DNA of 53,508 bases from Chloroflexota bacterium (GCA_027593235.1 JAQCIU010000021.1:1-53508), one strand, 5' to 3'. Positions 38,873-49,185 are shown, numbered from the stretch's first letter. The notes: generated by a model not told the origin, from the sequence alone. Numbers and translations: made by a program.

Positions 38873-40273
38873 TCAAATCCGCTCGAAATAGCGGATCCGC
38901 TCCCAATCGGTGACCGCCCGTTGATGCGCGGCGGCCTCCGTCTGAAAGAAGTGCGTCAGGTGATCGACAACCTCTGTGCCAAATGCCCCCCGCGCGAAGT
39001 CACTTCCGCCGAAGCGATCGGCCGCCTCGCCGAGACTCCTCGCGAGCCGCACGTCTTCCGAGGCCGTGTACGCATCGCCGAGGAACGGTGACGGCGGCTC
39101 GATCCGCCCTTCGATCCCCGCTAGGCCGGAGGCGATCGCCGCCGCGTATGCGAGGTACGGGTTCACATCAGCGCCCGGGATCCGGCATTCGATTCGCAGG
39201 CTCGGCCCCGCGCCCACCACCCTGAACGACGCCGTGCGATTGTCCGGTGACCACGCCAACGCGGTCGGCGCCCAGCTCCCGGCCTCAAACCGCTTGTACG
39301 AGTTCACCGTCGGCGCGTAGCAGGCCGTCAGCTCGGCGGCGTACGCCATCCACCCACCCAGGAACCAGCGAAACTCGTCGGAGCAATCGATCCCCGCAAG
39401 CTCCCCGTCGCCGACGAACGCGTTCCGCATCCCATCGCCAGCGCTGTCACCCGCTCCGCTCCAGAGGCTGACGTGCAGATGGGAACTGGATCCCGCCTGC
39501 TTTGCATCCCACTTCGCCATAAACGTCGCGCTCGCACCCTGCGCGTCCGCGATCTCCTTGATCGCCTGTTTCACCAACAGGTGCCGATCCGCCATCTCCA
39601 GCGCCTCGCTGTAGCGGATGTTCAGCTCGTGCTGGCCGCGTCCGAACTCACCCTTGCTGGATTCGACCGGCACGCCGGACGCGGCCAGATCTCGGCGAAA
39701 CGCCCCGTTGAGGTCCTCGGTCCGTGCGCCCTGCAGCAGGTGGTAGTCCTCGCGATACCACCCGGCCTCGCGAAGTCCCTGGTACCGCTGAGCGGCGGCG
39801 TCGGCATAGGGCGTCCGAAAGAGGTAGTACTCCAGCTCGGATCCGGCCATCGCCGTAAAGCCAGCGGCGTCCAGGCGTGCCAGTTGCTTGCGGAGCATCG
39901 TCCGCGGCGCGACTGCCACGGGCTCATGCTGTTGCTCGCGCTCCACCTCGGCGTCGCACATCACGAACGCGGTCCGATCCAGCCAGGACAGCCGCCGCAA
40001 CGTCCCAAGATCCGGAACCAGTTGCATGTCCCCGAACCCGCGTTCCCAGTTCGCGAACGCGTAGCCGTCGACCGGCTCCATCTCCATGTCCACCGCGAAC
40101 AGGTAGTCGCATACGTGCGTGCCACCGGCCACGTCGCTCAGGAAGAACGACGCATCCAGCCGCTTCCCCATCAACCGCCCGTAGAGGTCGGGGAACCCGA
40201 GGATCACCGTATCGATCGCGCCCGCCGCCTCGGCCTCGCGCAGCTCCTCGAGCGTCAGCGTCCCGGGGTTCAT
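38873..40273 (-). CDS. Glutamine-synthetase-family protein (probable gamma-glutamyl-amine ligase)
   Basis: GRLMGKR, ELEYY, EFGRGQHE, GSSSHLH, DNRT, RIECRIPGADVNPY. Confidence 0.92.
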   Translation of the reverse strand: MNPGTLTLEELREAEAAGAIDTVILGFPDLYGRLMGKRLDASFFLSDVAGGTHVCDYLFAVDMEMEPVDGYAFANWERGFGDMQLVPDLGTLRRLSWLDRTAFVMCDAEVEREQQHEPVAVAPRTMLRKQLARLDAAGFTAMAGSELEYYLFRTPYADAAAQRYQGLREAGWYREDYHLLQGARTEDLNGAFRRDLAASGVPVESSKGEFGRGQHELNIRYSEALEMADRHLLVKQAIKEIADAQGASATFMAKWDAKQAGSSSHLHVSLWSGAGDSAGDGMRNAFVGDGELAGIDCSDEFRWFLGGWMAYAAELTACYAPTVNSYKRFEAGSWAPTALAWSPDNRTASFRVVGAGPSLRIECRIPGADVNPYLAYAAAIASGLAGIEGRIEPPSPFLGDAYTASEDVRLARSLGEAADRFGGSDFARGAFGTEVVDHLTHFFQTEAAAHQRAVTDWERIRYFERI

Positions 40274-41400
40274 CCCGCCGTCCCAGCTCGCTGGGAGAAC
40301 CGCGCCGGGTCGAACGGCCCGAGGTCGATCGTGTCCGTGGCGCCACCGAGGATCAGCTCCGCCATCGCCTTGCCGCTCGGTGGGGACTGCAAGATCCCCT
40401 GCCGTCCGTGCCCCGTCGCGAGGTACGCGCCCGCGAGGCCCGGCACCGCTCCCATGATCGGCAGCCCATCCGCCGACAGCGGTCGCAGGCACGCCGTCTG
40501 CTCCACCAGCTCAGCGGACTCCAGTGCCGCGGCGAACCCCACACCGAACTCGAGGATTTCGTCTCGCGCCTCGCGGGTGATGCCGCGGTCGAAGCCGACG
40601 CGCTCCTCGGTGGTGCCGAGCAGCACGATCCCGTCCTCTTTCACCACCGCGTAATTACCGCCGCGACCGAAGCTGAACTCCGCCAGCGGCTGCGCGGGAC
40701 GTACCTTCACGATCTGCCCCTTCAGCGGCTCGACCGGCACGGTCATCCCCAACCACGAACCAGCCGCCGAGGACCATGGCCCCATCGCCACGACGACCAC
40801 GTCCGCCTCGACGACCTCCGTACCGACCCACACGCCGGTCACGCGCCCGTCGTCACTCTCGAGGCCGCGCACCTCACCGCTCCGCAGCGTCACGCCCATC
40901 CGCTCGGCCGCCGTCACCAGCGCCAGCGTGTAGCGATACGCGTCCACTCGCGCCGAGGGCTCCACCAGCGCCGCGCCGCGCGCCTTCCCGCCATCGACCC
41001 ACCCCGACAGCCGCCGCAACTCATCGAGGTCGATCCAGCGCCCAGCTCGGCCTGCCGCGTTGAGTCCCTCGACAGCCAAGCGCCCCGCGCGCTCTTCCTC
41101 CTCCGTCATCGCCAGCAACGCCCGAGGCGTCACGCCGTACCCGTAGTCGACGCCGGACTCGCCGGGCAGCACCCCCGCCAGCTCGACGTGCATGTCGAAC
41201 CCCTGCCGCTGTAGCTCGTAGACCGGGTTCGCTGCGCTGGTCGGCACCGGTGCGGTCAGCAGCCCCGCCGCCGCTCCCGAAGCACCGGCGGCAACGGCGT
41301 CGTTTTCGATCAACGTCGCGAACACACCCCGCTTCGCGAGGTGATACGCGATCGATCCGCCGATCACCCCGGCTCCACAGATCACGACTCGATCAGGCAT
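40270..41400 (-). CDS. DAO/ThiO-like FAD-dependent amine/amino-acid oxidase
   Basis: GAGVIG, ASGAAAG, KGQ, LRP..DGLP, GHGRQGI; overlaps the GS-like start. Confidence 0.9.
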   Translation of the reverse strand: MPDRVVICGAGVIGGSIAYHLAKRGVFATLIENDAVAAGASGAAAGLLTAPVPTSAANPVYELQRQGFDMHVELAGVLPGESGVDYGYGVTPRALLAMTEEEERAGRLAVEGLNAAGRAGRWIDLDELRRLSGWVDGGKARGAALVEPSARVDAYRYTLALVTAAERMGVTLRSGEVRGLESDDGRVTGVWVGTEVVEADVVVVAMGPWSSAAGSWLGMTVPVEPLKGQIVKVRPAQPLAEFSFGRGGNYAVVKEDGIVLLGTTEERVGFDRGITREARDEILEFGVGFAAALESAELVEQTACLRPLSADGLPIMGAVPGLAGAYLATGHGRQGILQSPPSGKAMAELILGGATDTIDLGPFDPARFSQRAGTAG

Positions 41401-41411
41401 GAGGTCTCCCG

Positions 41412-42185
41412 TTACTCCCGAGGCCGGTCGATGAACGCGCGCATCGCATCCCGCGGCTCGTCGTCTTCCCACGTTGCCTCGAAGGCGTCGATGCTGATCG
41501 CAATCGCTTGCTCCAGCGACACCCGCTCCCACTGGGCGAGCAGCCGCTTCTGCGCCCGAATCGCCCGAGGCCCGTTCGCCAGGATCGAGGTCACCCACCC
41601 CTCGACAGCGCGATCGAGCCAGTCCGGCGCCACCACGCGCTCCAGCAGACCGGCGCGCTGGGCCTCGGCCGCGTCCCACGACTCTCCGGTGTAGACCAGC
41701 TCTCGCGTGCGCCCCCAGCCGACCAGCGACGGCAGCAGCGCCGCCTCAATCACCGAGGGCAGCCCGACCCGCACCTCGGGCATCCCGAAGGTGCTCCGGT
41801 CCGACGCAACCCGCAGGTCACAGGACGCCGCCACCTCGAGTCCCGCGCCAAGGCAGAACCCGTCGATGCGCGCGATCACCGGCACCGGCAGATCGCGGAT
41901 CGCCGCGCAGGCCTCGTGCAGCGTCGTGATGAAGGTGCGCGCGGTCGCCGGCGTGAGTTCGACCATTTCGCTTATGTCGGCTCCACCGATGAACGCACGG
42001 TCCCCCGCGCCGGTCAGCACGACCGCCCGCAACCTCTCGTCGTCGGCCAGTCCGAGAAACGCGTCGCGCAACCGCTCCGTGCGCGCACGGCCGAGGATGT
42101 TGATCTTCGCCTGGTAGTCGACGGTGACCGTCGCCACCCGACCGCGCTCGCGGTCCTCAATCTTGACCCGCACGTCGTTAGTCAC
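41412..42185 (-). CDS. Enoyl-CoA hydratase/crotonase
   Basis: FIGGADI, GFCLGAGLE, FGMPE. Confidence 0.92.
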   Translation of the reverse strand: MTNDVRVKIEDRERGRVATVTVDYQAKINILGRARTERLRDAFLGLADDERLRAVVLTGAGDRAFIGGADISEMVELTPATARTFITTLHEACAAIRDLPVPVIARIDGFCLGAGLEVAASCDLRVASDRSTFGMPEVRVGLPSVIEAALLPSLVGWGRTRELVYTGESWDAAEAQRAGLLERVVAPDWLDRAVEGWVTSILANGPRAIRAQKRLLAQWERVSLEQAIAISIDAFEATWEDDEPRDAMRAFIDRPRE

Positions 42186-42223
42186 TGGCGCACCCGCTTA
42201 TGTCCACTCGACAGTTCCGAGGG

Positions 42224-43432
42224 CTACCCGGCGTCCGCCGGGCCCGTCCGGATCACCCCGCGCGCCTCGAGGTCGTCCAACTCCGCCTCGAGGAACCCGA
42301 CGGTCCCGAGGACTTCGCGGCTGTGCTCGCCCGGCTTCGCCGCACCACGCTCCGCGCCACCTCGGGTCCGCGAGTGCTTCACCGGCGTGTTGGACACCGT
42401 CAGCGTGCCGCCGGTCCACGTCGGCAGCTCGCGCAGCATGTCGCGGTGCTGCACCTGCGGGTCACGTACCGTCTCCGCGATGTTGTTGAGCGGCCCGACC
42501 AGGAACTCGTCCTTCAGCGCCTCTAGCCAGTGTTCGCGCGGCATCCGACGCGTCGCCTCAAACATCAACGGCTCCAGCTCCGCGTAGTTCTGGGTCCGGA
42601 GCGCGTTCTCGTTGAAGCGAGGATCCACCGCCAGCTCATCGGCCCCGATGATTCCGCAGAAGAGCTGCCAGTTGTGGTCACGCACCCCCGCCACCACGAA
42701 CCAGGCATCGCTCGCCGGGAACGCCTGGTGGGGTGTGCTCAGCGGGTGCCGAAGCCCCGCCCGAGGCTGAATCTCCCCCGTTGCGAAGTGCCGCACGACC
42801 GGGTTTTCCATCAGCGCCACCTGGCAGTCCAGCATCGCCACGTCCACGTGCTGGCCCAGCCCGCTCGACGCCCGCTCGACCAGCGCAGAGAGCACCCCGA
42901 TCGAGGTGTACATCCCCGCCGCCATATCCCCGATCGAATAACCCGCCCTCGAGGGCAGCGGGTCGCTCTCGTGCCCGGTCGTGCTCATCAGGGCGCCCAT
43001 CCCCTGCACGATGATGTCGACCGCCCCACGCTCCCGGTACGGCCCCGTCTGCCCAAACCCTGACGTCGAGGCGTACACAAGGCCCGGGTTCAGCTCGCTC
43101 AGCGCCTCATACCCAAACCCCAGCTTGTCCATCGTCCCCGGCGAGAAGTTCTCCGTGAGCACGTCGGCCTTCTTGACCAGCCGATGCACCACCTCCGTCG
43201 CCTCGGGCGCCTTCAGGTCGAGCATGATGCTCTTCTTGCCCCGGTTCACCGAGAAAAAGTACGTGCTCACGTCATGCACGTACGGCCCGCCGCCGCGCCG
43301 CCGCTCCGTCTGAAACGGCGTCTCGATCTTCCAGACCTCCGCTCCCAGGTCCGCGAGGATCATCACCCCGTACGGTCCCGCCAGCGCCCACGTGAAATCC
43401 AGCACCGTAATCCCGCTCAGCGGACCAGCCAT
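42224..43432 (-). CDS. Family III CoA-transferase (single domain)
   Basis: LAGP, LGAEVWKIE, NRGKKS, ENFSPG, SGFGQTGP, catalytic Asp in IGDMAAG. Confidence 0.94.
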   Translation of the reverse strand: MAGPLSGITVLDFTWALAGPYGVMILADLGAEVWKIETPFQTERRRGGGPYVHDVSTYFFSVNRGKKSIMLDLKAPEATEVVHRLVKKADVLTENFSPGTMDKLGFGYEALSELNPGLVYASTSGFGQTGPYRERGAVDIIVQGMGALMSTTGHESDPLPSRAGYSIGDMAAGMYTSIGVLSALVERASSGLGQHVDVAMLDCQVALMENPVVRHFATGEIQPRAGLRHPLSTPHQAFPASDAWFVVAGVRDHNWQLFCGIIGADELAVDPRFNENALRTQNYAELEPLMFEATRRMPREHWLEALKDEFLVGPLNNIAETVRDPQVQHRDMLRELPTWTGGTLTVSNTPVKHSRTRGGAERGAAKPGEHSREVLGTVGFLEAELDDLEARGVIRTGPADAG

Positions 43433-43684
43433 GCACCCCTCCTCGAAACGACCTCGGCCCGAATCCTATCCGCACACCCGGCGAACGCGCGGGCCGACGC
43501 TGTGACGACGGGGCGAAGCAGCGTCCAAAACGAGGGAAGCGGGGTCCCTCGCCCGTAGGCCGGGCGGGATCAACCCAAACTCCATCGACACCGCCGAAGG
43601 CGCCCCACGCGCTCCGCCTCGGTTTGAAGGCGCTGCCAGGCCCCACCACGAGGCGCGAAGCGCAGTCGAGCCCTGACGGGGCCC

Positions 43685-44449
43685 TCAGCGACCCGTGACG
43701 CGTTTCGTCGCGTCGCGGAACCGCTCCGTCTGTTCCGGGCTGCCTCGCAGCCCTCGGTTCACCTCGACCTCCGTCGCCGACGCCTCCGCCGACAACGTCG
43801 CGAGGTCGATCACCCGCTTCGACTCCCGCACCGAAGACGCCGAATGCCCCGCGATCACCTCGGCCATCTCGAGGGCGGCCGCCAACAGCTCGTCCGGCTG
43901 GTACAACGTGCTCACGAGGCCCGCGTCGAGCGCCTCCCGCGCGTCGAACTTCCGAGCGGTGAAGATCCACTCCTTCGCCTTCGACGCCCCCACCAGCCGC
44001 GGCAGCGACGCCGCCGCCACCACCAGTCCGTACTCGGCGCCCGGCAGCCGGAACGTCGCGGTCTCCGAGGCCAAACGGATATCGCAGGCGATCGCCAGAC
44101 GCGCCCCGCCGCCGTAGCAGTAGCCATTGATCGCGGCGATCACCGGCAGCGGCGTCTTCGAGATCTCCTCGGTGCCGCCCAACCGCTGCCCCGGCGGCGG
44201 CAACTCCACCGCGTTCTTCTCGACGCCGCTCATCTCCAACATGTCGCCACCGGCGCAGAACGACTTCTCGCCCGCGCCCGTGAGCACGATGACATTGATG
44301 CCATCGGCCTCGGCATCCCGAACGGCGACGCCGAGCACATGGTTCAGCGCCGCGTTCATCGCGTTGTGCCGCTCAGGCCGGTTCAGCGTGACCAGCAGCA
44401 CATCGCCGTTCGCCCCCCGCCGTTCCGTCAGTACCGGTGCATCGCTCAT
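43685..44449 (-). CDS. Enoyl-CoA hydratase/crotonase family protein
   Basis: LNRPERHNA, FCAGGD, NGYCYGGG. Confidence 0.9.
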   Translation of the reverse strand: MSDAPVLTERRGANGDVLLVTLNRPERHNAMNAALNHVLGVAVRDAEADGINVIVLTGAGEKSFCAGGDMLEMSGVEKNAVELPPPGQRLGGTEEISKTPLPVIAAINGYCYGGGARLAIACDIRLASETATFRLPGAEYGLVVAAASLPRLVGASKAKEWIFTARKFDAREALDAGLVSTLYQPDELLAAALEMAEVIAGHSASSVRESKRVIDLATLSAEASATEVEVNRGLRGSPEQTERFRDATKRVTGR

Positions 44450-46885
44450 CTAACTGCCTCCCCCGCCACCTGGTGCGTCCGCCATCACGCCCGCCGCGAC
44501 CAGCCGCTCTCGCGCGCCAGCACCGAGGCCTGCAATCTCGAGCAGCAGCGCGTTCCCGTCGCCGAATGCCGGCGCCGGGCCTGACACCCCGTGATGTCCG
44601 AGGCGCGATCGCCACGCCGTCCGCGTGTGCGGGAAGCGCCCGATCTCCGGGTGATCCACCCACGCCAGCGTCTCCCGATGCGCGAACTGCGCATCGCCGT
44701 GCACCTCCGCGACATCGAGGACTGCACCGGCCGGGACGCCGGCCGCCTGCAACTCACGCATCGCATCGAGGTGGTTGCGCGACGCCGTCCACGCCTCGAT
44801 CGCCGCATCCAGCTCGTCCTCGCACTCGTGCCGCCCGGCCTCCGAGGTGAACCGCGCATCCTCGGCGAGTTCGGGGCGCCCGATCGCGCTTGCCAGCGCG
44901 CGCCACTGCTCGTCGGTCGCGATCCCGAGGGCCAGCCACTCGTCGTCGCCGGCGCAGCGGTACACGCCCTGGGGCGCATGCCACGCGTGCCGGTTGCCAA
45001 TCCTCGAGGGCACGCGGCCGTTCATCGTCACGTCGAGCAGCGCCGGCGCCACGAGTTGGAGTTCACCCTCGAGCATGCTCAGCTCGATGTACTGCCCCTC
45101 GCCCGTGCGGTTGCGATGCCGTAGCGCCGCCATCGTCGTCAGCGCCGCCGTCAGCCCAGCGTTCTGATCGAGGTAGAACTGCGCCGGCTTGCCCGGCCCG
45201 CGGTCCGGGTATCCCGTCAGGTGCGACATCCCGCTCATCGCGTCGATGCCCGGCCCGTACGACCCGCGCAGCATGTACGGCCCCGACTTCCCGAACGCCG
45301 GCATCGAGGTCAGGATGATGTCCGGCTTCACCGCGCGCAGGTCGTCGAAGTCGATCCCGAGGTTCCCCAGCACCCGCGGCGAGAAGTTCTCCAGCACCAC
45401 GTCCGCCGTCGCCACCGCCTTGAGAAACAGCTCGCGCCCCTCGGGACTCGCGAGGTCGATCGACGCGTGCCGCTTGCCGCGGTGCAGCTCGTTGAAGAAC
45501 GGCGTCCGGTTGTACGGCCGGTCCGGCACCCCATCGAGCGGCGGCGGCACCTTGCTCTGCGCCGCCGTCCGCGCCGACGGGGCCTCGATCTTGATCACCT
45601 CGGCGCCCATGTCCGCCAGCACGCACCCCGCGACCGGCCCCGCCACCGCCGTCGACAGCTCGAGGACGCGCATACCCGCCAACGGCTTCCGCGAGCCGCC
45701 TGCCGAGGTAGTTGTTGGTGTCGGCTGCGGCTTCGCCTCGGTGAGCGTGGACAGCACTTCGTCGGTGTGTTCGCCCAGCAAGGGTGCGCGCTCGTTCCGC
45801 CACGGTGTGGCGCTCAGCTTCGCCGGCCCACCGGGCTGCCGTACTTCTGGCGCGGCCGGGTGGTTCAGCTCGACGATGAACTCGCGTGCTTCCAGGTGCG
45901 GGTCGCTCAGGATCTCCGCGGGCGTCAGCACCTCGGTGAACGGCAGCCGCAGCTCCTGCGCGCGCCGCACCACCTCGAACTTGTCTTTGTCCGCCATCCA
46001 CGCGTCCATCCGCGCGTCGATCTCGTCCGCGTTCCCCATCGGCGCATCGAGGAAGTCTTCGATCCCCATGCCGGGCATCAGCGCCGCCAGCAGATCCGCA
46101 TTGCGGTTGTTGCTGTGCGCGTGCACGTACCCGTCCATGCACGGCCGAATCGTCGAGGGGTACGGGTACTGCGGGTTCGAGAACATCAGCCGCGCCCCGC
46201 GCCGAACCGGGATTTCACGGTCGTACTCGTAGATCTGCGCCACGCCACCCAGCAGGAACATCGCCGCATCGATCGCCGCCACGTCGAAGTAGTCGCCCTC
46301 GCCCGTCGCGTCGCGGTGGGTCAGCCCGGCCATCACCGCCGCCGCCGTGTGCAACGAGGCATGCGTCAGCACGAGGTCGTCGTACGGCTTCACTGGCTCG
46401 CGGTCGGCATCCCCGGTGAGCTTGAGGTAGCCGCCCAGCGCCACGTCCACGATCTCGCCGCCCGCGTAGCCCGCGTACGGGCCGTCCTGCCCGAAGTGCG
46501 TGACCGAGGCCATCACCAGGTCCGGCTTCACCCCGACAAGGTCGTCGTAGCCGAGCCCGCGCTCCCCGAGGTACCCGACCTCGAAGCTCTCGATCAGCGC
46601 GTCGGACGTCGCGGCCAGCCGCCGCAGCGACTCGCACCCCTCGGCAGTGTCGAGGTCCAGCACCACGCTCCGCTTGCCCGCGTTCAGATGCAGGTGCCGC
46701 GCACTCGTCTCGAGGTTGGCCTTGTCGTCGGGGAACGGCGGCATCGCGCGCACCGCATCGCCCTCGGGCGGCTCGACCTTGATCACGTCGGCGCCCAACC
46801 CCGCGAGCAGCCGCCCGGCGTAGTTGAAGCTCCCCTGCGTCAGGTCAAGAACGCGAATCCCGCTCAGCGCACCGTCCGCCATCAA
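44450..46885 (-). CDS. Family III CoA-transferase, two fused domains
   Basis: Two CaiB repeats: LSGIRVLDL and LAGMRVLEL...VAGP. Confidence 0.92.
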   Translation of the reverse strand: MMADGALSGIRVLDLTQGSFNYAGRLLAGLGADVIKVEPPEGDAVRAMPPFPDDKANLETSARHLHLNAGKRSVVLDLDTAEGCESLRRLAATSDALIESFEVGYLGERGLGYDDLVGVKPDLVMASVTHFGQDGPYAGYAGGEIVDVALGGYLKLTGDADREPVKPYDDLVLTHASLHTAAAVMAGLTHRDATGEGDYFDVAAIDAAMFLLGGVAQIYEYDREIPVRRGARLMFSNPQYPYPSTIRPCMDGYVHAHSNNRNADLLAALMPGMGIEDFLDAPMGNADEIDARMDAWMADKDKFEVVRRAQELRLPFTEVLTPAEILSDPHLEAREFIVELNHPAAPEVRQPGGPAKLSATPWRNERAPLLGEHTDEVLSTLTEAKPQPTPTTTSAGGSRKPLAGMRVLELSTAVAGPVAGCVLADMGAEVIKIEAPSARTAAQSKVPPPLDGVPDRPYNRTPFFNELHRGKRHASIDLASPEGRELFLKAVATADVVLENFSPRVLGNLGIDFDDLRAVKPDIILTSMPAFGKSGPYMLRGSYGPGIDAMSGMSHLTGYPDRGPGKPAQFYLDQNAGLTAALTTMAALRHRNRTGEGQYIELSMLEGELQLVAPALLDVTMNGRVPSRIGNRHAWHAPQGVYRCAGDDEWLALGIATDEQWRALASAIGRPELAEDARFTSEAGRHECEDELDAAIEAWTASRNHLDAMRELQAAGVPAGAVLDVAEVHGDAQFAHRETLAWVDHPEIGRFPHTRTAWRSRLGHHGVSGPAPAFGDGNALLLEIAGLGAGARERLVAAGVMADAPGGGGGS

Positions 46886-46979
46886 ACCCTCGCGCTCCCG
46901 CTGTCCCGAACAACCGCCGGAGTATAGGAGGGCGCGGCCTTCCGCTCGCGAACGACCGCCAGCCCGCCCCTCGCGGCCC

Positions 46980-47789
46980 CTAGCGCCCGCTGAAGTCCGG
47001 GCGCCGCTTCTCGCTCAGCGCACGACGCCCCTCGGCGTAGTCCGCGCTCGCGTAGCACTCCGCCACCAGCGCATCCAGGCGCTCCTGATCTCGTTCGTGA
47101 ACCGGTAAGCGGGCGGCTTGCATGTTCGCCTTCACCAGGCGAACCGCCAGCGGTGCGTTGCTCGCGATCTCGGCCGCCAGTTCACGCACCACCTCCTCGA
47201 TCTCGTCGAGCGGCACGACGCGGTTCACGAGCCCGCACGCCAGCGCCTCCTCCGCGTTCATGCGCCGTCCCGTCAGCAGCAGGTCCGCGGTACTCGTGTA
47301 GCCAATCACCCGCAGCAGCTCTTCGGTGTTGTCGAAGGAGAAGCCAAGCCCGATCTTCACGGCCGGGATCCCGAACTCAGCGTTCTCCGCCGCGATCCGC
47401 AGATCAGCGCGAAGCGCCGTCTCCAACCCGCCGCCAAGCGCGAAGCCACGCACGAGCGCGATCATCGGTTTCCGCAGGGCGCGCAGCGAATCCCACATCC
47501 GCGTCGTCACCTCGTCGTAGACGCGGATCGCCTCGGGGGTCGAGCGCAACTCGCCGAACTCGGTCACATCCGCGCCCGACACGAACGCCCGATCGCCCGT
47601 CCCCGTGATCACGACCACGCGAACCTCGTCGTCCGCGTCCAGCGCCTCCACGATCCCCGGAATCGCCCGTTTCATCGCGAAGTTGACCGCGTTCAGGCGT
47701 TCAGGATTGTTGAAGACCAACCAGCCGACGCCATCCTCGACGTAGGCAAGCAGTCGATCGGTATCGACGGCGAGATGACGAACTGCCAC
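46980..47789 (-). CDS. Enoyl-CoA hydratase/crotonase
   Basis: NNPERLNA, FVSGAD, GFALGGGLE. Confidence 0.92.
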   Translation of the reverse strand: MAVRHLAVDTDRLLAYVEDGVGWLVFNNPERLNAVNFAMKRAIPGIVEALDADDEVRVVVITGTGDRAFVSGADVTEFGELRSTPEAIRVYDEVTTRMWDSLRALRKPMIALVRGFALGGGLETALRADLRIAAENAEFGIPAVKIGLGFSFDNTEELLRVIGYTSTADLLLTGRRMNAEEALACGLVNRVVPLDEIEEVVRELAAEIASNAPLAVRLVKANMQAARLPVHERDQERLDALVAECYASADYAEGRRALSEKRRPDFSGR

Positions 47790-48012
47790 GGCGTACCTCG
47801 GTTTCTGTGACCTCGCTCGCGTTGAGTTCCCGGCAGGCGCTCATCCTAGCGACGCGACAGCCGACCGTTGTGATGCATCGCGGGCCCTGTCCGCGCGCTG
47901 CAATCAACCGCCGGATACCGCGCCGAGCGAGCACGCAGCCGAGCTGTGTTCCTCCACCGACTCGACCCCTCCGAGCTAGAGTGGACCGTCACGTGCAACG
48001 AGAGGACCAGCG

Positions 48013-48651
48013 ATGACCACCACCACCCAACGCTTCCAGGACGTCATCACCACCGAGGCCCAGCTCCGCGACATCCTCGGCAGCCCGAGCAAAGGCGCCG
48101 TCTCCAAGTCCCTCCCCCAGATCGACGAACACTTTGCCGGCTTCATCGCCCAATCCCCGTTCATCCTGATCGGCTCATCCGACGCGAACGGCCACCAGGA
48201 CGTCTCGCCGAAGGGCGACCCGGCCGGCTTCGTTCAGGTCCTCGACGAGCACACGCTCGCCATCCCCGACCGCCCCGGCAACCGTCGCGGCGACACCTTC
48301 AGCAACCTCCTCCAGAACCCGAAGGTCGCGCTCTACTTCATGGTCCCCGGCGTCCGCGAAACCCTTCGCGTCCAGGGCACCGCGAGCATCGTCCGCGACC
48401 AGGCGCTGCGCGAAAGCATGGCGATCAAGGGCAAAGTCCCCGAATTCGCGATCGTCGTCAATGTCGACGACGCCTTCATGCACTGCGCGAAGTGCGTCGT
48501 CCGATCCCAGCTCTGGATGACCGAGGAATGGCCTGATCCCGATGACGTCCCGAACCTTGCCGCCGCGCTGGTCGACCAGCTCAAGCTCCCCGTCAGCAAG
48601 CAGCAACTCGTTGACTCCCTCGATCGCAACACCCGCGAGGGCCTCTACTAG
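48013..48651 (+). CDS. Pyridoxamine 5'-phosphate oxidase-like FMN-binding protein (MSMEG_1061-type)
   Basis: DVSPKGDPAGF, IPDRPGNRRGD, ETLRVQG, HCAKC..RS.LW. Confidence 0.9.
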   Translation: MTTTTQRFQDVITTEAQLRDILGSPSKGAVSKSLPQIDEHFAGFIAQSPFILIGSSDANGHQDVSPKGDPAGFVQVLDEHTLAIPDRPGNRRGDTFSNLLQNPKVALYFMVPGVRETLRVQGTASIVRDQALRESMAIKGKVPEFAIVVNVDDAFMHCAKCVVRSQLWMTEEWPDPDDVPNLAAALVDQLKLPVSKQQLVDSLDRNTREGLY

Positions 48652-48687
48652 CGCGTCGCTCAGACCCAGCAACGTAGGGACGGCAGC

Positions 48688-49086
48688 TTGAACGGAAAGC
48701 TCTGGGCACTCATCGGCGCCGTCGCGGTCGCGGCGATCGCGCTCCTCTTGTGGCCGATCTTCGCCGACGGTGAGCCGTGGCTGATCTGGCTCCTCGCCGC
48801 CTTCGTCGTCGGCGGCGGCGTGCTCGTCATCGGAGCCTTACGGAGCCCCCGCCGCGCCTTCCGTTACGCGCTCGCCGGCATCCCGCTCGGCTTCATCCTC
48901 GGAGGTGTGGGCCTCTTCTTCCTCGTACGCGGATCCGGCAGCGGCGATGGCTGGGACGACCTTGCGGCAGTAGCCGCGGGCATCCTCGGAGCCTTCGTCG
49001 GCTCGATCCTCGGCGGCGCGGTCGGCGCCGCGATCGGCGCATCGCGCGATCGAGGTGCCGCCGAGCGCTCCGCACGCAGCGCCTGA
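48688..49086 (+). CDS. Hypothetical 4-TM membrane protein
   Basis: Four Gly-rich hydrophobic segments; fills the gap between genes. Confidence 0.7.
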   Translation: MNGKLWALIGAVAVAAIALLLWPIFADGEPWLIWLLAAFVVGGGVLVIGALRSPRRAFRYALAGIPLGFILGGVGLFFLVRGSGSGDGWDDLAAVAAGILGAFVGSILGGAVGAAIGASRDRGAAERSARSA

Positions 49087-49185
49087 GCCCCAGTCCCTAG
49101 TCCCCACGCCGCGCTCCCCTGTATAAGAGCGTCACCGCCCGCGCCCCCAACATCCGAGGGCGACAGCGACTGACGAGGGGATCCG

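Noticed and set aside
40274-41679. ORF-track N-terminal extensions of the GS-like and DAO genes
   Set aside because: They overlap upstream genes; family-like sequence begins at 40273 and 41400
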